From: Xylanibacter ruminicola 23
Lineage (GTDB): Bacteria > Bacteroidota > Bacteroidia > Bacteroidales > Bacteroidaceae
DNA length: 32,000 bases
Assembly: GCF_000025925.1 (NCBI RefSeq)
Contig: NC_014033.1
Location: 2,310,001-2,342,000, forward strand
Direction: 5' to 3'
In this document: positions 16,611 through 23,061 of the stretch, piece after piece
Numbering within the stretch: position 1 is the stretch's first letter
Layout: the number at the start of each line of letters is the position of its first letter
Translations under genes and position numbers: made by a program
Notes under the pieces: generated by a model
What the model was told of the DNA's origin: nothing
The model's input: only the letters and a program-made list of their open reading frames with translations
Database searches by the model: none

Positions 16611-17426
16611 CTAAATTTTACCCTCGTTTACAGCATTAAACAGCAACTCCAAATTAACCTGAGTTTCAGCACTATCCTCCTTGCGTGGTGCAATCACAGC
16701 ATTACCCTGAAGCGAAGGCTCGGCATAAAGCACATCGTCCATCTCGGCAGGTGTGCGATACTCAAAAGTAAACTTCTCCTGGATATCAGCCACACTGGCA
16801 TTCAGCAACAGCTTCTGTGGACTCAAGATAAGGATATGATCCAACAGCGATTCCACATCGTGCACCTGATGGGTTGAGATTATCAGCGTGCGATCGCCAG
16901 TCATATACTGGGTAACCACCTTACGGAACTGACTCTTCGAAGGGATATCCAGTCCGTTGGTAGGCTCGTCCATCAGTAGCACACGGGTGTTGGTAGCCAA
17001 GGCAAAGGCCATAAACACCTTTTTCTTCTGTCCCATCGAGAGGGCATTCAGTTTCAGGTCGGTGGTCAGTTCAAAATCCTTCAGACAGCCCTCCAGAACG
17101 GTTGTGCTGAACAAGGGATAGAAGGGGCGGTTGATCTTTACATACTCATCGAGCGACATAGCGGGCAGGTCGAACTCCTCAGGAACGATAAAGATATCCT
17201 GCAGTGTTTCAGGGCGGCGCAGTTTGGTCTCGATACCATCAAAGCTTACAGTACCCTTCTTGGGGCGCAGCAGTCCAGCAATCAGGTAAAGCAGTGTACT
17301 CTTACCTGTACCGTTCTTACCCAGCAGACCATAAATATTATCCTGCTTCAGTTCCAGACTGAAATCATCGAATACCAGGTTCTTACCACCTGCGTACTTA
17401 AAACTGATGTTGTTTACCTCGATCAT
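16611..17426 (-). CDS. ABC transporter ATP-binding protein (YtrB-like) with a C-terminal extension of about 60 aa
   Basis: It has Walker A GKNGTGKST, a degenerate signature LSMGQKKK, Walker B LLMDEPTNGLD and an H-loop STHQ. Confidence 0.9.
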   Translation of the reverse strand: MIEVNNISFKYAGGKNLVFDDFSLELKQDNIYGLLGKNGTGKSTLLYLIAGLLRPKKGTVSFDGIETKLRRPETLQDIFIVPEEFDLPAMSLDEYVKINRPFYPLFSTTVLEGCLKDFELTTDLKLNALSMGQKKKVFMAFALATNTRVLLMDEPTNGLDIPSKSQFRKVVTQYMTGDRTLIISTHQVHDVESLLDHILILSPQKLLLNASVADIQEKFTFEYRTPAEMDDVLYAEPSLQGNAVIAPRKEDSAETQVNLELLFNAVNEGKI

Positions 17427-17464
17427 AATTCTATTTAATTTTAATGTTCAATGTTACGTGTTAT

Positions 17465-17488
17465 AGTGTACCACTTTAATAGTACACT
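17465..17488. promoter_or_regulatory. Candidate GntR/YtrA operator: inverted repeat AGTGTAC-N10-GTACACT
   Basis: The 7-bp perfect arms are 17465-17471 and 17482-17488. The site lies immediately downstream of the minus-strand -7 box and 39 nt upstream of the ATG of the ABC operon that encodes the GntR regulator. The GT..AC half-sites fit the GntR family. Confidence 0.5.
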
Positions 17489-17489
17489 G

Positions 17490-17497
17490 CAAAAGTA
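17490..17497 (-). promoter_or_regulatory. -7 promoter box (TActTTTG) for the ABC/GntR operon
   Basis: The plus strand reads caaaagta, which is tacttttg on the minus strand, 64 nt upstream of ATG 17426. Confidence 0.5.
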
Positions 17498-17598
17498 GAA
17501 TAAAAACAAATACGCTCCAAGCTTTTATGCAAAAATCTGCAATCTATTAACACTATTTAGCACTTCAACCCTCACGCGTACATAACTAATAAACAGGG

Positions 17599-17661
17599 AG
17601 ATAGTACGGCACTATCTATGAGATACTCGTAACTTATCTGGTAGATATCCGGCACTTATCT
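17599..17661. repeat. Three tandem 19-bp palindromic sites AGATA-N9-TATCT at an exact 22-bp period
   Basis: The sites are 17599-17617, 17621-17639 and 17643-17661. All six half-sites are perfect and every spacer is exactly 9 nt. Confidence 0.9.
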
Positions 17662-17678
17662 GCCCACGAAGTTACGGT

Positions 17679-17737
17679 TACTATTAATGGTAGCGATTGC
17701 TACATTTAATGGTAGCAAAAATTCCCATTAATGGGAA
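17679..17737. repeat. Three ATTAAT-centred palindromic sites at an exact 22-bp period
   Basis: The sites are tactattaatggta (17679-17692), ctacatttaatggtag (17700-17715) and the perfect 16-bp palindrome ttcccattaatgggaa (17722-17737). Their centres are at 17685.5, 17707.5 and 17729.5. Confidence 0.85.
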
Positions 17738-17750
17738 CAATGGCAGCACA

Positions 17751-17936
17751 GTGTAACACTGTAACATACGACAGGAGAGAGAAAAAATATGGTCAAGATA
17801 GAACAAGTAATAGCTTATAAGATTATTTATATATTATAATATATAAATAATTAATATATAATATTATTATAATAATAGATATTATACAACCATGACCAAA
17901 CTTTTTTTCGTTCCTGTCGTAAAATTAACGTTACAC
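17751..17936. repeat. 186-bp imperfect inverted repeat enclosing an extremely AT-rich palindromic core
   Basis: Arm pairs are gtgtaac (17751-17757)/gttacac (17930-17936), a perfect 10-mer tacgacagga (17767-17776)/tcctgtcgta (17912-17921), and tggtca (17790-17795)/tgacca (17893-17898). The core 17815-17886 has 70 of 72 positions A/T, with a perfect 30-bp palindrome (17822-17851) and a 16-bp palindrome (17862-17877). Confidence 0.9.
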
Positions 17937-17961
17937 TCTTGGTAGATTGAAATATTTTTTG

Positions 17962-17969
17962 TACCTTTG
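17962..17969 (+). promoter_or_regulatory. -7 promoter box (TAccTTTG) for the 470-aa P-loop gene
   Basis: The context is ttgtacctttgcag, 26 nt upstream of ATG 17995. Confidence 0.6.
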
Positions 17970-17994
17970 CAGTGTAATCTTAAAAGACTGAATA

Positions 17995-19407
17995 ATGACA
18001 AAAGAGACTAACTTAAATGACCGTTCAATCATCGAACGACAGATGCTATTCGCAGGTAAAGAAATCGAGAAGCTGATGGATGTATATCCCTGCTTACGCG
18101 AGGTGTGCAAGGGCCTTAAAACCGAGGCCTACCCTGCTGCTATGTTTGCATCGTCGGCCTTCCTGGGTACGCTGATGACACGTTGTACCTATCGTTTTTA
18201 CCATCGCCCTCAGGAGTTGCGTCGCCTCAACTATAGCGTGTTCATCATTGGCGACCCTGGTTCAGGAAAATCGTTTGTAACCAATCTCTACGAACTTTTA
18301 GCCGGTCCTATCCGCAAAGTATCTAAGGAGGGGCAGAATGCCGAGAATCGCTATCGTCGCAAATACAAGGAGTGGCTGGACAACGGACAGAAAGGCGATG
18401 GCCCCAAGAAGCCCCAGGTAATTATCCGTACCCACCCTGCCCGTACATCCAACAAGGTGTTTATCGAAGACATGAAGCATGCCGTTGAGATGGTGGATGG
18501 CCAGGAGATGCACCTGCACATGCTCTCGTTCGACACAGAGCTCGACAATGCCATCAATCAGCAGGGCGAGGCATGGAGCAACAAGACCTATCTGGAATTG
18601 AAGGCTTTCCACAACGAGGAGGATGGACAGTTCTTCTCGAACTACGACTCAGAGCTTTGCGACTTCAATGTGTTTTGGAACTTTGTTTATACAGGCACAC
18701 CCCGCGCTCTGAAAAACAAGGTGAATGCCAACAACGTAGGCAATGGATTCTCAACCCGACTGGCAGCTATTCCCATGCCCTCAACCCACTTCGAGATGCT
18801 GAAACGTGAGGAGTTGGAAGATGCGAACGTAGAGCCTGAGGAGCACAAAACCCTGCGCATGTGGGCCGAGCGATTAGACTCTACCCATGGCGAACTGCCC
18901 ATTGGCAAACTGGTAGAAAGCACCTACGAATGGGCCAAGGAGCACATGGAAGAAGCCGAGGAGGACCAGTCGAAAACCGACGAACTGTTGCTTAAGCGTG
19001 TACCCTACTATGGCATCGCCGTAAGCGTACCTTTCATTATGATGCGCCATTGGGATGAGTGGCAGCAGCACCACACCCTCACTCTCGACGACACCGACCT
19101 GTACTTGTGCCGTTTGGCCATGAACATCCAGTTCGCATGCCAGCGCCATTTCTTTGGCAAATACTGGGATTACTACTTTATGCAGCAGGCTAACTGCATT
19201 AGCTATCCCACCCGCAAGCGCCACACCAAACTGATGCGTTCGCGTTACAGTGTTCTACCTGATGAATTCAGCGTGCCTTCCATGCAGATATTCCTAGGCG
19301 TGTCCCAGCGTACCGCCGAAAAGATGATAGAGCGCTGGCTCAACGATGGCTACATCAAGCGCATAGAACCCGGCAGGTACCAGAAATTATATCTCGAGCT
19401 AACATAA
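17995..19407 (+). CDS. Orphan P-loop NTPase with a C-terminal winged-helix-like domain (family uncertain; possibly DUF3987/SF3-helicase-like)
   Basis: This 470-aa ORF has its own promoter. It has Walker A GDPGSGKS (aa 86-93), a candidate Walker B LHMLSFDTE (aa 174-182), and a C-terminal HTH-like segment FLGVSQRTAEKMIERWLNDGYIKRIEPGRYQK. The ORF call is solid; the functional assignment is tentative. Confidence 0.75.
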   Translation: MTKETNLNDRSIIERQMLFAGKEIEKLMDVYPCLREVCKGLKTEAYPAAMFASSAFLGTLMTRCTYRFYHRPQELRRLNYSVFIIGDPGSGKSFVTNLYELLAGPIRKVSKEGQNAENRYRRKYKEWLDNGQKGDGPKKPQVIIRTHPARTSNKVFIEDMKHAVEMVDGQEMHLHMLSFDTELDNAINQQGEAWSNKTYLELKAFHNEEDGQFFSNYDSELCDFNVFWNFVYTGTPRALKNKVNANNVGNGFSTRLAAIPMPSTHFEMLKREELEDANVEPEEHKTLRMWAERLDSTHGELPIGKLVESTYEWAKEHMEEAEEDQSKTDELLLKRVPYYGIAVSVPFIMMRHWDEWQQHHTLTLDDTDLYLCRLAMNIQFACQRHFFGKYWDYYFMQQANCISYPTRKRHTKLMRSRYSVLPDEFSVPSMQIFLGVSQRTAEKMIERWLNDGYIKRIEPGRYQKLYLELT

Positions 19408-19498
19408 TTGCTTATTGCAATTAAACTTTCTACCACTTACAACATCTAAGATTTACAGCATTATCTAACAATTACAACTATATCAAACAAACAGTGAA

Positions 19499-22108
19499 AT
19501 GAAAAGGCTTTTAACTTTAACCATCGCGGCGATGATGGGGGCAAGTGTGTTTGCCCAGGTTAAGTATCCGTATCTGGATACAAAGTTATCAAACAAAGAG
19601 CGCGTTGAGAACTTGCTGAGTCTGCTCACACCCGAGGAGAAGGTGGGACTGATGATGAACAAGTCGATCTCGATCGACCGTCTGGGCATCCCTAGCTACA
19701 ACTGGTGGAGCGAGGCTTGTCATGGTGTGCGTCAGGATGGCTATACGGTTTATCCACAACCCATCGGCATGGCAGCAGCCTTTAATGCACAGCTGTTCTA
19801 CGATGTATTCTCGCAGGTGTCCGACGAAGCCCGTGCCAACTGGAACCGTACCGACCACAACGATCCTAAGCTGTTTAACGTGCCCATGGGCGTTACCTAT
19901 TATCCTGGCAACCCTGAGCTTACGTTCTGGTGTCCGAATGTAAATATCTTCCGTGACCCTCGCTGGGGACGCGGACAGGAAACCTGCGGCGAGGACCCTT
20001 ATCTGAATGCCGTATTAGGCGTACAGACCGTATTGGGTATGCAGGGTAACAACGACAAATACTTTAAAACCCACGCCTGCGCCAAGCACTATGCCGTGCA
20101 TAGCGGTCCAGAGCCCTTGCGCCACTCTATGAACGTAGAGCCAACCAACCGCGACCTGTGGGAAACTTACCTGCCAGCCTTTAAGGCACTGGTAAAGAAA
20201 GGTAACGTGCGCGAGGTGATGTGCGCCTACCAGCGTTTCGAGGGTAAGCCCTGCTGCACCAGCGACCGTTTGTTGATTGATATCCTGCGTAACAAGTGGG
20301 GCTACGACGCCATCGTACTGACCGACTGCGACGCTATCAACAACTTCTTTAATCGTGGACAGCACGAAACCCATAAGGATGGCTTGTCGGCCTCGGTTGA
20401 TGCTGTGTTGAACGGTACCGACCTGGAGTGCGGTAAGGTATTCATGTCGCTGGTTGAGGGACTGAAGAAAGGCCTCATCAAGGAGAGCGACCTTGACAAT
20501 CATCTGCGTAAGACCCTGATGGGCCGCTTTGAGTTGGGTATGTTCGATCCTGCCGATATGCTACCTTGGGCCAAACTGGGTGCCGATGTGATTAGTAGCG
20601 AGAAGAACGATGCGATGGCTGTTCAGGCTGCACGCGAGAGTATGGTACTGCTGGAGAACAAGGCTGGTATCCTGCCACTCTCAAAGAGCATCAAAACACT
20701 GGCAGTGCTTGGTCCTAATGCCGACGATGTGAACATGCTGAATGGTAACTATGGTGGCACACCTACTGCCGCCCACCAGCACTCACTGCTCTCAGGTATC
20801 AAGGCTGCAGTACCTGGTGCCAAAATCATCTATAACAAAGCTTGCGAACTGAACGACGAATATACCACCATCCACCATCTGCAGGACTTTAACGATGGCA
20901 AGGGTGTGAAGGCAGAGTTTTATAATAATAAGGAATTAGCAGGCGAACCTGCCAAGACTGATTACTACAACGAGTTGAACTTCTCGACCTTTGGTGCCTG
21001 GGGATTTGCTCAGGGCGTGAATCGCGATACCCTCAGTGTTCGCATCAGCGGTAAGTACACCTCAACTTTTACTGGCGAAATGAAGTACACCCTGACTACT
21101 GACAACGGCTACGTGCTGAAGGTAAATGGCGAGGTAGTAGAAGAGGCTCAGGCAGGTGGCCGTCGTGGTTTCTTCGGATTTGGTCGCAAGCCCCAGTACA
21201 AGTCGTTCCCTGTTGAGGCAGGTAAGACCTACGACGTAGTCATCGAGTACAAGCATGGTAACGGACAGTTTGCTATGCTGCGTGGCGATATCTGCGAGCG
21301 CAACCTGGTTGACTTTACCGACCTGGCCAACCAGGTGAAGGAGGCCGATGCTATCGTGATCATCGGTGGCATCTCAGCCCAGATGGAAGGCGAAGGTGGC
21401 GACAAACAGGACATTGAGCTGCCAAAAGTTCAGCAGATGTTGGTAAAAGCTATGCACAAGACTGGCAAGCCTGTTATCTTTGTAAACTGCTCAGGTTCGG
21501 CCATTGCCTTTGGTAGTGTCGAGGGCGAGTACGATGCTCTGTTGCAGGCCTGGTATGCTGGTCAGGGTGGTGCTAAGGCTTTGGCCGAGGTGCTGTTTGG
21601 CGATTACAACCCTGGTGGAAAACTGCCCGTAACCTTCTATCGCTCTAACAACGACCTGCCCGATTTCCTCGACTACTCGATGAAGAACCGCACCTATCGT
21701 TACTTTACAGGTGTGCCTCAGTATGCATTCGGCTATGGTTTGAGCTACACCACCTTTGCGCTCGGCGATGCCAAGATTTCAGCCAAACAGATGAAAAAGA
21801 ATGGTAAGGTAACCCTGACCGTACCTGTAACCAACACTGGCAAGCGCGAGGGAACCGAGACCGTTCAGGTATATGTAAAGCGTCTCGATGATGCAGGCGC
21901 ACCTATCAAGGCCCTGAAGGGTTTCCAGAAGCTGAATCTGAAAGCAGGTGAGACACAGAAGGCCACCATAACACTGGATGGCGAGGCATTCGAGTATTAC
22001 GATGAGATGATCGACGAACTGGCCACAAAGGCAGGTCGCTATCAGATTCTTTACGGTACCTCATCAATGGATAAGGACCTGAAAACCATCGATTTTGTTG
22101 TTAAGTAA
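19499..22108 (+). CDS. Glycoside hydrolase family 3 beta-glucosidase/beta-xylosidase with an inserted PA14 domain
   Basis: The 869-aa ORF has a signal peptide and GH3 motifs (NIFRDPRWGRGQETCGEDP, KHYAVHSG, VLTDCDAI). A PA14-like segment (GVKAEFYNN...GKTYDVVIEYKH) and a C-terminal Fn3-like domain are also present. Confidence 0.9.
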   Translation: MKRLLTLTIAAMMGASVFAQVKYPYLDTKLSNKERVENLLSLLTPEEKVGLMMNKSISIDRLGIPSYNWWSEACHGVRQDGYTVYPQPIGMAAAFNAQLFYDVFSQVSDEARANWNRTDHNDPKLFNVPMGVTYYPGNPELTFWCPNVNIFRDPRWGRGQETCGEDPYLNAVLGVQTVLGMQGNNDKYFKTHACAKHYAVHSGPEPLRHSMNVEPTNRDLWETYLPAFKALVKKGNVREVMCAYQRFEGKPCCTSDRLLIDILRNKWGYDAIVLTDCDAINNFFNRGQHETHKDGLSASVDAVLNGTDLECGKVFMSLVEGLKKGLIKESDLDNHLRKTLMGRFELGMFDPADMLPWAKLGADVISSEKNDAMAVQAARESMVLLENKAGILPLSKSIKTLAVLGPNADDVNMLNGNYGGTPTAAHQHSLLSGIKAAVPGAKIIYNKACELNDEYTTIHHLQDFNDGKGVKAEFYNNKELAGEPAKTDYYNELNFSTFGAWGFAQGVNRDTLSVRISGKYTSTFTGEMKYTLTTDNGYVLKVNGEVVEEAQAGGRRGFFGFGRKPQYKSFPVEAGKTYDVVIEYKHGNGQFAMLRGDICERNLVDFTDLANQVKEADAIVIIGGISAQMEGEGGDKQDIELPKVQQMLVKAMHKTGKPVIFVNCSGSAIAFGSVEGEYDALLQAWYAGQGGAKALAEVLFGDYNPGGKLPVTFYRSNNDLPDFLDYSMKNRTYRYFTGVPQYAFGYGLSYTTFALGDAKISAKQMKKNGKVTLTVPVTNTGKREGTETVQVYVKRLDDAGAPIKALKGFQKLNLKAGETQKATITLDGEAFEYYDEMIDELATKAGRYQILYGTSSMDKDLKTIDFVVK

Positions 22109-22993
22109 TCAGCGTGTATCAGCACCCCACATCATTTTTTCACGAAGGGTGTTGAAATAACGATGATCAGAACGCTTAACAACCTTGATATCATATGGGG
22201 CACGACGGAGCACAATCCTCGTGCCCTCTTTGCATTTCTCCGATCGACCGTCGATAGCCACCAGGAAGTTATGCGAGCGGCTCTCTACATCGAGCTCAAT
22301 CACCGACGAATCGGCCAACACTATGGGGCGCACATTCAACGAATGGGGCGCAACTGCCGTCATCGAGAACACCTTGGTGCCAGGCACAATGATTGGGCCG
22401 CCATTTGAGAGCGAGTAAGCCGTTGAACCCGTAGGAGTAGAAATCACCAGTCCGTCAGCCTGATACGTATTCAGATACTGTCCGTTCACACTGGCACGTA
22501 TCGAAATCATCGATGCTGTATCGCGTTTCAGGATGGCCACATCATTCAGTGCACAACTGCACTCTCCCAATGGTGCACCATCAGCCTCCACCTGTATCAG
22601 CGCACGACTCTCTACCGCATAGTCGTCGTTATAGAGTGCACGCATACAATGTTCGATATCATCGGGACTGATATCAGCCAGGAAACCCAGTCGGCCCATA
22701 TTTACGCCTAAGATGGGGATATTCTTCTTGCCCACACGGCAAGCCGCCTTCAGGAATGTACCATCACCACCCATCGAAATCACAAAGTCGGCATCAAAAT
22801 CATTGTCCGAGAAAACCTTAGTAGCCTTCACGTCCAGTCGCTGATTATCCTTCAGGAAGTAATAATACTCCATGTCAACATAGAGCTCCGCGCCATAGTT
22901 GGCGATCGTTGAGAGCACCTTCTGGATACTGGCCGATTTGCGGGCCTGATAAATATTGCCCAACAGGGCAAACCTGAGTTTACGATGTTCCAT
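22109..22993 (-). CDS. nadK: NAD(+) kinase
   Basis: It has the motifs GGDGTFL, NMGRLGFLA, NDVAI and ADGLVISTPTGSTAYSLSNGGPI. ATG 22993 (MEHRKLRF) is preferred over the track start 23053, which would run through the gene's own -7 box. Confidence 0.9.
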   Translation of the reverse strand: MEHRKLRFALLGNIYQARKSASIQKVLSTIANYGAELYVDMEYYYFLKDNQRLDVKATKVFSDNDFDADFVISMGGDGTFLKAACRVGKKNIPILGVNMGRLGFLADISPDDIEHCMRALYNDDYAVESRALIQVEADGAPLGECSCALNDVAILKRDTASMISIRASVNGQYLNTYQADGLVISTPTGSTAYSLSNGGPIIVPGTKVFSMTAVAPHSLNVRPIVLADSSVIELDVESRSHNFLVAIDGRSEKCKEGTRIVLRRAPYDIKVVKRSDHRYFNTLREKMMWGADTR

Positions 22994-23011
22994 TCTTGTA
23001 TCTTTTGGGTG

Positions 23012-23019
23012 CAAAGATA
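23012..23019 (-). promoter_or_regulatory. -7 promoter box (TAtcTTTG) for nadK
   Basis: The plus strand reads caaagata, which is tatctttg on the minus strand, 19 nt upstream of ATG 22993. Confidence 0.55.
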
Positions 23020-23023
23020 TAAA

Positions 23024-23050
23024 AATTCGTGCAATTCGTGTAATTCGTGC
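23024..23050. repeat. Tandem 9-bp repeat aattcgtg(c/t) x3 between divergent promoters
   Basis: The units are 23024-23032, 23033-23041 and 23042-23050. They sit exactly between the nadK and DJ-1 -7 boxes. Confidence 0.95.
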
Positions 23051-23061
23051 CAAAAAATTTG

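Noticed and set aside
17427-19407. Interpreting the region as an integrated mobile element or prophage remnant.
   Set aside because: There is no integrase, transposase, relaxase, tRNA target or direct-repeat boundaries. The nucleotide composition of the 470-aa gene does not look different from its neighbours by eye. I therefore report it as a candidate resident replication or partition-like module rather than an island.
19750-19758. A perfect DnaA-box consensus TTATCCACA, 1.8 kb from the AT-rich core.
   Set aside because: It is a single copy inside the GH3 coding region. The intergenic arrays themselves contain no DnaA-box-like 9-mers, so I do not use it as evidence for a DnaA-dependent oriC.
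7453-22108. The idea that the GH53 and GH3 genes mark a polysaccharide utilisation locus.
   Set aside because: The window has no SusC/SusD pair and no hybrid two-component or ECF/anti-sigma regulator. The two glycosidase genes are 11 kb apart and in unrelated transcription units.
22994-23053. A 20-codon N-terminal extension of the nadK track ORF.
   Set aside because: It would place the start codon upstream of the gene's own -7 box and inside the 9-bp tandem repeat. The internal ATG 22993 gives a normal NAD kinase N-terminus.
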